Positions 26,312-39,197 of a DNA stretch of 64,000 bases are shown here, one piece after another (within the stretch, counting starts at the first letter, position 1; every line of letters starts with the position of its first letter). The DNA comes from Lingula anatina (taxonomy: Eukaryota > Animalia > Brachiopoda), in NCBI GenBank assembly GCA_051362555.1, contig CM120640.1, forward strand, positions 12,834,001 through 12,898,000, given 5' to 3'. The notes under the pieces were generated by a model. It was not told the origin of the DNA and made no database searches. It was given only the letters and a program-made list of their open reading frames with translations. Both the position numbers and the translations under genes were made by a program.

Positions 26312-26774
26312 ACCCAACTACTATACTCGGCACCGAATGATCCCGAATTCACCAGTAGATCGGACCACACTACCCGTTTTCAAGGTGTGTGTCCAGGCCC
26401 GTAGCCAGCAAATTCAAAAGGGGGTTCTTTTTCTGAAAAAGTGGACCATTTATAATGAAACTTATGTGTACCTAGATAAAATTTTACCCAAAATGGACCT
26501 TTTCCTGGCAAAAGGGGCGGTTCTTTCGAACCCCCCGAGCCCCCCTGGCTACGGGCCTGGTGTCAGTACGCATTTCACAGTATCATACCCCAGAACAAAT
26601 TTTAAGATGAGATGCACTACTTTCCAACCCCGCTGAGAATCATCACTATCAAGCAAGAGCGGTGTCGCGACTGATACTTCGAAGCGCATACTGACGCACA
26701 CCTTGAAAACTGGTAGTGTGGTCCGATCTACCGGTGAATTCAAGATCATTCGGTGCCAAGTCTGGTAGTTGGGT
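26312..26774. mobile_element. Palindromic MITE with inverted arms of about 90 bp
   Basis: ACCCAACTAC..GGCACCGAATGATC..GAATTCACC.GTAGATCGGACCACACTACC.GTTTTCAAGGTGTG is mirrored at about 26685-26774. The ORF track shows the same peptide SPVDRTTLPVFKVCV on both strands. Confidence 0.85.
26394..26559. mobile_element. 166-bp MITE with CAG termini and 5-bp TSD, inserted in the left arm of the palindromic MITE
   Basis: Perfect 15-bp TIR CAGGCCCGTAGCCAG / CTGGCTACGGGCCTG; GTGTC duplicated at 26389-26393 and 26560-26564. Confidence 0.9.
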
Positions 26775-26957
26775 CTGACTTAGACCTGGCTAGGTAATGC
26801 TGGATGGACTGGTCACCCCATTTGTTGACATTCGACATGGAATAGTCTCCAGCGCCCAGTCTCATATGCGTGCGAGGTACACCCTAAGGCCACCTCTCTT
26901 GTTAAATGACGGGTTTCCTCCTTCCCCTAGATAGTTTCTTTGATGCCAAATTCGCTC

Positions 26958-26961
<4 letters not shown>

Positions 26962-27006
<45 letters not shown>
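26962..27006. repeat. Poly(T) tract
   Basis: About 45 T. Confidence 0.9.
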
Positions 27007-27007
<1 letters not shown>

Positions 27008-27029
27008 TCAAGAAAGACTTCACCATTCT

Positions 27030-27500
27030 TGGATGGCAGATATTCCATCAATATACATTCTTCTAGATCTTAGACAACGCAGGCTGAGGTGACTGGGCCA
27101 TGCCCGCTGCATGGAGGACGGTCGGATCCCTAAGGACCCTTTGTAGGGTGAGCTAGAAAAGGGGTCTAGAGATGTTGGTTGCCCAAAATTCCATTTCAAA
27201 GAAGTAAACGAGACATGCTAACGATTGATATACCAACCAACAACTGGGAATCTCTTATCTGAGGACAGAAACAGATCAGGACAAATGGAGGATCGTTTGC
27301 GAACAGTCACTGGAAACTGGCGAGACAAAGCGGAATCCTGGAATTGATGCGGAAAGAGAGGGAGGAAAAGGTGGAAGCTCGAACAGTCCCATCGTGAGAC
27401 TGTAGCCGCATTCGCCTCTCAGGATAGGTTTGATCAGTCACCAGTAAATGTGTTCGCAAGTGCGCTATGTCATGGACATAGTCCGACGGCTGCCTACTAT
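27030..27500 (+). mobile_element. RTE/BovB-like LINE 3' end, degenerate
   Basis: LRQRRLR*LGHARCMEDGRIPKD.L*GEL..GSR.VG.PK, then NWES and SRIGLISH, ending in a GACGGCTGCCTACTAT-like tail; contains stops and frameshifts. Confidence 0.8.
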
Positions 27501-27665
27501 ATACTTAACTAGTAGCCATATGTCATGCATTTGTTATAAAATCTGTCTTTTAGTATTTTCTTGTTTTATGATGAAAAACTTGATAATAGGCGCTGAGGAT
27601 GTATGTTGTAATAATGAGAGATGCCAATGAATTTTTTCTTTGGAAAGTAATAATGATGACGACGT

Positions 27666-27666
<1 letters not shown>

Positions 27667-27710
<44 letters not shown>
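27667..27710. repeat. Poly(A) tract
   Basis: About 44 A. Confidence 0.9.
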
Positions 27711-27713
<3 letters not shown>

Positions 27714-28470
27714 GTGGAAATGAATGAAGTTGGAGTTGAAAAAAGCATTGAAACACCATCATTAGATTGCATATTTTGGTCCAGTAATTGACCCCTTGCA
27801 TCTGAAAGTATGTTTTGAGATATTTCAAATTAATATTTGATTTTTTCGCAGACTTCAATTCAGAAAAAATGTCAAAAAAATGTGGTCTTTAACCGTTGTT
27901 AGTTTTTTCCTTATAGTACTCAATGATTTATCAGTGTTTATGTCGTTAGAGTGAGAATGATCGGGACAAAAAAAGTATTTTTATTTAACTTTGCTATAAA
28001 AGTTTGTTGTTGCTTAATTGACTAAAAGTGTAATCATATCTTAATTACGATCAATTAAGATAGGCCTATGTTGACAACAATCCATGTCTTATATTTTAAC
28101 GACATCTGATAACCACGACAATTTGAGACCCTGACATCAGGCAACAGTATTCAAACCAATGTTCCCTCGAGCTCAATTTCTAGTACGAGTATATGCCTAA
28201 TACTTGGACCCACTGTGTACACACGTAATCCGACATAACGAGTCTCAAAGTTATAAACTTAGCCAGTCCGCCGCTAGGGGTTTAACATTTGGAGAAAGTT
28301 ACCTTAAAACACACGTCCTTTCATGATAAGGTTCTACTTTGTCATGTGATATTTTCTCTCGTAAAGTTGATGCTACAAAGCAAAGATTTGCCGGATTAAA
28401 TCCAACGATATGCGCGTTTGACATGCTTAACATGTGGGTTGTCTTGAACGACCTATTTCCCAAGCAAAAC

Positions 28471-31400
28471 ATGGCGTTAGGAAGTGGGGAGGGTACACGG
28501 TTAACGCTGTTTAAATACACCGGCAATAGGAAGTTAAAAGGTACAGAGAAGATTTATATTGGCCAGAAACAGTCCCCTGTGTGTATCCAAGATGAAGATG
28601 GGTACCTATCGTTTCTCAGCCCACTCAGTGCTTTGTATACTGAACGCCTTCTCTCAAACATTCTACGGTAAGCCGACTGTTTACAGTTTTGAGGAACTCG
28701 TGACTGTTAGTGTTAGTTCATTCAGTTATGATGTCGTTCATGCATTGTCAGTTATTGCTGTTTTCATAATTTTATAAGGTTTGTTTAACTGTACCCTGGT
28801 AATTTAATTTGTAAAACTTGGGCTATTAGAGAAATTGCTAAATTAAGCCACTATTAATGTGATCCTGCAATTCTATATGAAGCTCTGTTATTAATGATAA
28901 GCAAGCAACATGTCATGAAGGAATGTTTTTCATGATCATGATATTTGCTCAAAGCAGATTTTAGTGGTATTTACACTTCAAATAAATCCTATTTTACAGT
29001 TTCCAGTGGGAAGATCAGTTAGATGATGAAGCAAGGACTTCTTTTGTCACCATCACTAAAGAGAATGATATCTATGGATATGATATGACAGTAGGAGTAA
29101 ACCAAGCAGGTACATACATGTATAACATACTGCTAAGACATTAAGATAATTGAGGTTTAAGGTTTATAGGTAATAAACATTGAAAAGGAAAGTAGATGGA
29201 AAACCCACAAAAAGTTTTATTCTGTATGCTGCATATATGCAGAACAAGCAGACATACTTCTAGCCATAGTGTTTTTTTAAATACTGAAATGAATTTCTTT
29301 GAAGTTAATTAAATTGATTGCTTATATAAAGTTCATATGTACTTTTCTCTTGTGGTCTACAACAATGTCATCATATTTGAGTTCAATTCATTTTCAGGTG
29401 AACCTTATCATGTATTGAATCATGTCACACGATGTCAGTGCCAAACGTTGAAGACGGTTTTACTGGAGCTATGCATTGGTGAGAATAGTAGCTGTGTCAA
29501 AGCCTGTAGATAAAATTATTGTGTGTTTTCACTTTCTTGCAGACTTAAAAATGTTTTTGGTCGTAATGAAATCTTTAAAAACATGCGTAATTAAATGTAT
29601 GCTTACTAGATTGTGTGTTAATTCTTGTGATTTCCATAGAATGAACAGATGTAAGGTCTGTTCTTACAGCCTAACTGGTGTACATAGGATTTAACTGAAC
29701 TGTTGGTATGGTGCCATGTTACATCATGTTTCCTTTTGTGTAGACAAAAAAAATAAAAAGAATTGTATAATGACATGAATTATGATTTCAGAGTTTCATG
29801 AACAGTCTAGCATATCAATCCTGCAGTACAGAAACAGTGCCATCACCATATTGATAGACCAAACACATCTCCTACATTTGTTGCTGTACAAAGACAGGCC
29901 ACCAGATGTCACCACTGTGTGCTCTTTAACAGATGACACCTTACCGTTGCATTGGGAGACGGTGATCAACATGGAAATGGAGGGAGACTGGCTGGTTATT
30001 ATGGATGAATTAGGACTTATTGGTATCCTTTTTCTTCTGTGACTTCAAGGTTCACCTTAATTTTTCCTTTGGAGGCATAGAGATAATTTCAACTACGTAG
30101 TGTGTGATTTAATGATTTATTTTGAGTACTTAGGATCCATTTCTTGTCTTTATTCCTTACCATTAACCCCATAGGTTATTTGCTAACAGCCACTCTTTGT
30201 TCATTATTCGTATTGATTAAGTATGACACCTTAACTAATATCTCTCAGCTTTCTACAGTATTGTAAATGGCAACCAGGTGGCAGTGGTGGACACCAGGAC
30301 AGTCCTGTCCCTTCACAAACCAGTACATTTTGCAGTCACAAAAAACTTAAAGACATTGAATGTTGTGGATACAGAGAACAAACTAGCTGTGATATCACTC
30401 AGTGCTTATTTCAATGTAAACCCACATCACTTGAGATCTAACGGTCAAGTTCATACCATTCCTCCCCTGACTGGTCAGTTGTCTGAAGTTGATGAAGATC
30501 AGGTAGATCTTTCAGGCACCATTCATAAAATGGACACTGCAACATATGGGGATCCATTGTGGAAACATTCATTAGGTTCTTTACACTCTGCACTGCAGCC
30601 CATGCTTAGTGATTCAAGTGCAGGGGCCCGGTGGCAGAAAACAAGCTCTTCATCATCACCACCTTCTTCATCATTTCCATTTCATTTCACATCTACTAGG
30701 ACAGAGAGCTCTAAGATATGGGACTCTAAAAATGTAGTCACAGGTCTTGGGGTTGAGAGCAGGTCTTTCAACCAGACCAGTGAAGATGGTAGTGCCAGGG
30801 AAGTTTGCTGGAGTGATGTAGTACATGTGTTGTCTGTACCAGTCTGTTGTGAGGGGATGTCCATCAAGGATATGGCTGCTGGTTTGGATAGCTTGGCAGT
30901 TTGGTGGATGGGAGACACTAATGGTTTCTTGTGCACTTTTGATTTGCAAAGAGATAGCTGCAGCAAACATAGGTAATATTAACTCGTGACATGGTGTAGG
31001 CTTTTTACTTGTTTACAGTAATATTTTGATTGGACATGATTGTCTCAATGTTTTGGTGCTGACATGAATTTAAGCACACACATACACTCGAGCAAACTCG
31101 CATATTAGGTGCATGAACACACACCAGAGTCTCCCACACACACTGCATAAAGTTAAATGAATGGAACAGAGCAAAATGAACTGTTCTGATTTATTTTAAG
31201 GCTGGAGTCTGGCACTGCTGTGTTGCTGTCAAGATACCTCAGCTCTCCTCACTTCCTCCTCAGTGAAACCACTCTGTCTGCTGTGGCTTTCAACTGTCAG
31301 CAAGAAGAACTTGTGAACAAGGTATGTATGTTCTTAATAAAATAGATTCTCATACAAGTTTTATATATCAAGTAGCCTGTTCAAAGAATAGATATTAATT

Positions 31401-34400
31401 TCTGATCTTTTTGAAGCAGTGTTTCTTGATAATGTAGTTTTTACTTCTTTGGAAATCAACTGTCAGATAAGTTTTATATCATGAAGCTATATAGTTTTTT
31501 ATATTAATAATATATAACCTCTCTCATATTCATTGATTTTACCTTGGTCAATTATCCCAGCTTGGAGTCAAATATAGTCTTGAGTTTACCTCACCCAAAG
31601 TCAATGATTGTAAACTTTTAAACTCCTTAATTCTAGCTGATGCTGTATGAGAATGCCACAGTAGCAGATACCCTGTGTCGTCTCAATTCCTGGGACAGGT
31701 GCTCTATTCCCATACATGCTCTAGAGGTGGGGCTGAAACACAGGCAGCTAGACACTGTGGCCTTCTTCCTCAAGAGTAGGGAGAACTGTGAGTATTTTTA
31801 CTGAATGATGATATAAACAGGTAACAATAACATAATGAGGAGTATTGTATTAATTACCCCTTTTTGTTGTGAGTTGAGGAATAAAATGGATGATTGCGTC
31901 TGGAGTAGTGCGATCGCTGTTCTTTACATTATAGCTTTAAGTACATGATTTTTGACATGTATTATTTTCAGTGTTTACTTCCAAGCCAGTTATCAAGGGT
32001 GTAGGGAGGGTTGGTCAGTTCAAGCCCACCACTCCCCAGAGTCCAACAGGTATACTGTCCCCTGTGGCTGGAACCATGACACAACCCTTCTTTGCCCACC
32101 ATGTGCCCAGTGACCTGGTGCAGGTGGAGGGCGCCATTCAACTACTTATAGCAACTGTTAAGGTAAATAATTTGTAGCGATCAGTGATATGATCTTTGAC
32201 ATTTGTTTTGTTTGTTTTGCATTTAATTGTTATGCTGAAACTGCTGACTCAGTATTGTTAAGTAAGTGAAGGTTTTTAAAATTGCCAAGTTAAAGTATCT
32301 CTTATTTTTAGGTAATCACAACAGCATGTGCATTCCTTGTTTACATACTTTTAAAACATACAGTGACCATAAAATTTCACGTATTTGATTAAATTTTGGT
32401 TAAACAAGGAGTATGTTTGTGTGTTTGGTGTTGTGATATAATATATTATACATTGGACTATGCAATGTCGGTTAATACAGTTAGTGTGATAGCAAGATTA
32501 ATGTTATTTCCATGCCATTGGCTCTCAGGAGACTATGAAGGACACTGGATCTGTGCAGTTTGCTGAGCAGTTACTTCACCTGACACTGGACTACCTCCAC
32601 GGCCTGGTGAAGAATGCTCTGCTGGCTCTTAATGACCTCTTACTCAACCAGGGGGGTAAGTAGGAAAGGCAGTTCACAACCAGATCAATTTAGAATGGAT
32701 ATAGGGTAAATAAGGTCACTTAGTTATAACACAACTTGAAACCAAGTCTAAGGGCTTTATATGTATTTATATAAGTGTGGGGCATAAGTAAGTCTGTAGC
32801 TGGGTGTGGACATGCTTGAGACAAATTTCAGAAGTTGAAATATAAAATCACAAAATTTGATGTGGAGAAACAAAAATGTTGTTTGCATCATGTTTGCGTG
32901 TTATATTTTTTTTCAGGTGACTCTGAAGCTTACCAAGAACGACTAGAACTAGAAGGATCCATAGAAAAGCTGACAGATTACATTTCAGAGTCTAGACAAC
33001 TGATGGTGGATGCTCCCAGGGTGACCCAGCGACAGGCTGGGGTGAGGGTTGGCCCTGTTGTGTACAGGGAGGACCAGGAGCCTGTTGCTATGGATGAAAA
33101 AATGGAAGGGTATACTCTAAGATGGATGCACATGAATACTGAGGTAGAATTGTGGAGCTGTTAATCCAGTGAAATTGGACTCTTGCTAATTGTTCAGTCA
33201 TGTGCATTGGTATTGAAACATTTCTATGCTTAACAACTACCGTTTCATATCTCATTTTTTTGCAAGTTGGCAATGAAACATTTTGTTTTGAAGACTAAGT
33301 GTCAAATCTTTTTTGACATTAAAAAAAATTGCCTGTTTATAGCACATTAGAAAATTTGAGTTGAAAATTTCATCTTATTAATTATCCTTTAGGTTTGACC
33401 TCTGATTTTTTTTTTATTATATCATAACTAATTGTTTGCCTTCCAGGAAGTAATCTTAGACGGCATCACCCAGAACTGCATGCCACTTGTCCAGGCATAC
33501 CTCAAACCACTGGGAGAGGATGTCTCTCTGCGACGTATACTACAAGTAGGGCTGAATGATACCATACAGCAACTATGGGCCAGGAAGTTCCCTGTGGCAT
33601 GCCACTTGCTTCAGAACATGGTAAGTTTGTAGTAGCTGTGTTCACCTCAGCTTATGCGTTTCTGTTTCCATATTCCTGAAGCAATTTTCTTAGGCCATTG
33701 TAGATAAGAAACGCAAAGGTTGTTTTCAACAGTTTATTATTGTGTTTTAAAGTTATCATTGTTTTAAAAGGACCTACTTTGCTTAAACATAACTCTATGA
33801 TGGAATGACCCCAGAATTGGTGTCAAAAATGCTATTCAGAGCATTGGAACAGTTGCTGAGAGACATTAGATTAAAATAATCTTGATATTTTTATCAGGCA
33901 AAAAGAAAAAAGTGGAAATTGTCTCATCTAACCATATTTGGATATTTTAAAGGATGAATATTATAATCACATATAGTAGAAATGTTCTGTTTTTAATAAA
34001 TACTATTATATGGCAACCCAACAACTGAAACACTTGATGACTATTTGATAAATGAAAACAACAATATTTGCATGCAGGTGTAATGAGATAAAGCTTGACC
34101 TAGCATATGATATTGTGACAAACTGATATATTTAAATGAAGATAATCTAGTTCAAAACATGGAAAAATATATTATGAATTATGATTAAGGAAAAAAAAAA
34201 ACATTTTGGTATAACAATTGACAACCGTCTTCTTAGGTATTCTGTATGTAGGATATACAAGTGTTATCAAAGAATGTTCAGCATTGACTGGTTAATGTCA
34301 TTAGTGACAATTCATATGACTAAGTGCTTAATTTTTTTACCCTCTATAAAGCATTTTAGTGTTTTCATATGAAGGAGCATATCATTCAGTACTTGAGTTT

Positions 34401-37400
34401 GTAGTATTATGAAAAATATACATTTTCATGAAACACCTTCATTGTGTGCAGTTTCCAAGACAAAGTTTGCCAAATTGTTTTCATCAATTTATTGCAAGCT
34501 TAGAAGTTGTATTGGCTGATTTTCTTTTCAAAGTCTTGAATTGGTAGATTCTGAAAAGAAAAAAAAAAGGGTTATTTTTCATAAATAACATAGTATTTAG
34601 CATCTGAAAATTGTAACATTGTATGTATAACAGAAATGTTTTCCTTTAAATGATTACTAATGATACTGTATGATTTTGTCACAAAACTTTCAAAACTTAC
34701 CCAAGAATGATCAGAGCAATTAGGCAGAGTCCAGACATAATGCAATACACATAGCCTCTGAACCAGGCCACAGTGGCAGCATAGATACTGTTCAATATTG
34801 TATTTCCCAGGAGGGTGCAGACACTCTCTACTAGAGAAATACTGGCAAATAAAGCCCCTGAAATTAAAATGTAGTCACATAACTAAGAAAAATTGTGGAA
34901 AAATTAAGTTATTAGCAAATGAGAAGTATAAAGCACTATTTGTAACTGGAACATTTGTTGTAATGGTTAACACTTCAAAAACCTAAATACAAATTGCACA
35001 ACTGACATTTATTGTCATCATAGAATGTTGTGTTCAACCTCCTAATGTACTTCATATAAGTAACAAAAAATGGTTTCGTTTTCAAAATATACGTATGAAT
35101 GTGGCCTGTCACCTTGTTCATGATGGGTGACAAGTTGAGACATGGCAGCCCTCAGCATAGCTATAGACAGCAAGGAAAGAGCACCTATGCTAGCACCTGT
35201 AAAGGAGAAGATAAAAATTTACAAAAATGTAGGAAATATGAAATGGAAGATGTATTGAAAACTGGATTGTGTTGGTGCCTTCAGTGTCAGTGAAGGAGAT
35301 GATAAGAGTGCATAAATAGGTTGGACTTTTGACTTTGTATGTCATGAAGCGAATTAAAATGTTATATATCATGCTAATATAGTAAATATTTTTAAAATAA
35401 GATATGCGGAGTCAGTGGGGGAATTCTTATTACAGAGAAAAAAGAATGAAACCATTCAAAAGATGAATGCAAAGTGTCTGGAAGTAAAAAAAAAAAGGAT
35501 AAACATGATCAGTTAGTTCAAAGGTTGTCTTTCTAAAAAGACTCAGTTTAAAGCAAAATGTATTTATTGAAGCCAAACCAAATGATGTTGGTTGGTGACA
35601 TGTATTTTTACTTACCCACATACATCATGTAGTCATATTGGGCGAATGCTATGATTATCTTGGATGATATATAACTTAGCAGGGCAACCATAGCCACTGT
35701 AACTTCTGACAGCTTGAACACCTTACGCATCAGCACTATACCTACCATGCTGGCCAACTGGTGAAACAAGAAAAATCCATTAGTTTAGACATTTAACCTA
35801 TGATTACTCATTTTAAAAATTGTGGTAGATGAAAAAAGCAGCAAGATTAGTCATCTTTTTCATTGCAACTTATTTGCTAAAGAAGGGTGATGTTGTCAGT
35901 TGGTGAAAATATAGGAATTGATTTTTAAAATGTATCCTGTCTATATCAGCTACTATTGTTGTTATTAATTACTAGTATTTATCATAACAGAGGATGATGA
36001 AAAATTATGAATAATGAAAATTCTTGACCATTATTTAATCACCTGGATGATCATGATTCGTATTGCATTATACCAGCCTATCTTTTCACTTGTCCAGCAG
36101 AAAGGGAGATTGAGCACGTATAATGTGTCCACAGTAGAGCTTATCATTGGAATTGCAATTAAAAACAAAATTAATATCAACATTCGCAACTTCCATACTC
36201 TTCCTGGGGGAGCTGAAAGCACCATATGATCTTTCTCAGTTTGTGAAATGTCTCTGCGTGGTAATGAGTGGTCTTCTCCCAACACTGAGCTATAGATTTG
36301 TCTGTTTGCCTCCACTGAACCAGTAGAGACTGATTGCTGAGCAGGGAATGTTTGGATATTGTCACTGGGTGGAGCCACATTACCAGCTGGTAAATGGGGA
36401 GTCTGGTGATCAGGTAGCACTGGTTTGGAAATGAGCTTTTCTTGTCCAGCATCAGGCACATGGAAGAACAGCCTTACCACTTGAAGCAAGTTACTGAAGT
36501 CAAGGAGTTTGGCCTCAGGGTCCTTCTGTACCAGTTCAGGGATGAAAAATATTGCATAGAGCAAAGCCAGGAGAATACTGCCTGCAATGACAAGTGTTTA
36601 GGTATTCATCTTACATGAATAAAATCCTTTTTTTTTTTTTTTTGGCTGATAGTTATAGAGGGCAGTACTGGAAATATACCCTGTTTTGGTCACAATGGAG
36701 TAGAAAGCCTGAAATATACTAAATAGGGAGCTGATAATATATAACGTTACATGTAGTTTAAAAACACGTAAGAAAAGGGTATTAAGGAAGTATACAAAAA
36801 AATTAGCTATTTACCTATAGTAACAACTGTTGGTACAGAAAAATCTGGAAAAAGCTTGATCAGATATCCTATTACAATCTCTGATAGTGATGCAGCAAGC
36901 ATTGAACATGCTTCCCCAATGACGATTTTGATGGCCTTATTCTTAGCGGTAGAGATATCGGCGATGTATGAGAAACATCCCATAAAGGCTGTTGTGTAAT
37001 ACCCAAATAATCCTTCTACAAAGTATGCAGGTAGTAAACAATACAGAGGCCAGTTGAAATATATTATTGCCAGGGTGCCACCCTGACGGAGAAGGCTTCC
37101 TATGGCTGGAAGAATTAGACAAAGTTTACGTCCTGCTTTGTCACTGTAGGCTCCATAGAAGACAGTCACCACCATAGATGGTATAGCACAGGTTATGGAA
37201 AAATACATTGACCATTCTGAGGCTTCTGCTTGTGTTTTCTGTTGTGCTATGTAGTATGGATCAGAGGTGTTTTGGTCACAGCGGGAGATGTTAGTTGAAT
37301 GGGACTGGTTGTCTTCCCCCAGTCTCTTGTACAGGTACTGAGTCATGAGAGGTGAAAACCCAATGAGGGCAAAGAAGTACAGGAACATGAATGGCTCCAC

Positions 37401-39111
37401 TGTAATTGGACATTTGGGGACGTAATTTGGTCTGTCATCTTTCTTGTTTTCATCCTCGGTGTCCACAACTGTGGCGTACTTTGTGGTCCCCCCACTGCCC
37501 TTCTCACTGGACAGCAATGGCTGTTCTTCCTCCCTCTCCATGTTGAGTAGTCACCTAAGAATGTGCTGTCACTGTGCGATGTGCTTTCAGGAACAAAAAA
37601 TTATTTTGTGAAATAGTGGTAGTATTAGCTTTTTTAATAAACCATATAATCAAAGTACTCACATCTTGGTGATCAGTTTGTAATGACGTCATTCGAATAG
37701 GTCTACGGACTACTGTGTTGTATTTATAACACATATATACAGTTGATAAATAATCAAGGTGAAAAAAAAACAGCATGCTGCAATCTTATGAGGCAGTTGC
37801 TATAGTATCAGAAATAGGGAAAGAAGGGGAAATAAAATACAACATTACAGGCTTATCTTCACAGAAGCTGCATATTTTTCATTTCAAGAAGTGGACTATT
37901 TAATGGTGGGAATACAGACACACTCACATCAGGCCTCCATTAATAAAGAATGTACAGCCCGTACTTGACTTCACTTAGCTGCATGACTTACCTAAACAGA
38001 TTACACTGTAGGTGTTAAAATGGTGTTGATATCTGTTCAGATGAAGGAGATCTGTGTGAAATTGATATGACAGTTTTTTCCCCAAAAATGCTTCTGTTAT
38101 CAGCTCTAGTTGGCAAATTCAGCCTGATAAATTTTTGATGCAACAACATTATCTTATAATATGACTATGTTCATTTTTGTATTATTTAAGCAGATAAAAA
38201 AAATCCTTTTGTACTGACACCCTAACCTACATGATGTTGCAAATATGTTAATCCATCTTATATCATTTAAAAATAAATAAATAAATAAAACATTATTTTG
38301 TGGCTATAGAACAGACAGCAAGATGGCTGACTAGATTTTTCTTTATACATTCATTGTATATACTACATTTCATCTACTAGCATACTGCAGAGTCACTCTT
38401 GATTATATTCCTCTTTTCTGTAGTAACAGGGTTGAACTTACTTTGTTGTCTTTGCTCAGCTTTGCGCCTTTAGCATATTTTTTCCTTTCTTACATATCAT
38501 TCAGTATGAAGTCAAACAAACACGGAAATACTCCTGTAAAATACCCTTAATCTTTTTTCAAATTTGCATTGCTGATTATACGTTTCAGAAATTGTTGTCA
38601 TCAGTTACTCTGCTACTAGACTCATGTCAAATCTTTAGCACATTGCCTTGTGTTGCTAATACCTAACTTATTTACATATCTCAGGTGATATAAGTAGTCA
38701 TATGATGTTTGTCCACGGTCTAGAGGTCATCTAAAACAAGGCACCATATCAGAGTTAGTGTTCTATTTCTTGGTCCAGGGTTGTGGCAACAGTCTTGTTG
38801 TGGACACAGAACATACCATGAAACTGTTAATATAAAACTGACAGATATGTAGTGTCATATGTACTTTTACTGTGATTTTTAAGGGTTTTTAAGTCCATTT
38901 GACAAAGAAATCCAATCTGAATAAAAAATGAAAAGAAGGAAATTATATTTAAGTGGTATAAGCTATTAAAATAACATAAAATGTTCAATGTAATGTTGAA
39001 TGAGTAGTTTGTGTTTGGTGTGCATTGTGGTTATTATCTTGAGAATGACTCAGACGGTTGAGGGGGTCAAGAATTTAACAGTTTTAATCAGCTGACCATG
39101 ATACACACTAA

Positions 39112-39197
<86 letters not shown>

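Noticed and set aside
26312-26774. Repeated peptide on both strands suggesting duplicated genes or a CRISPR-like array
   Set aside because: Explained by MITE inverted arms; no repeat-spacer periodicity, and the context is eukaryotic.
31622-31636. TCCTTAAT U12-like branch point before SPG11 exon 7
   Set aside because: Too close to the AG, and the intron donor (gtatgt) is U2-type.
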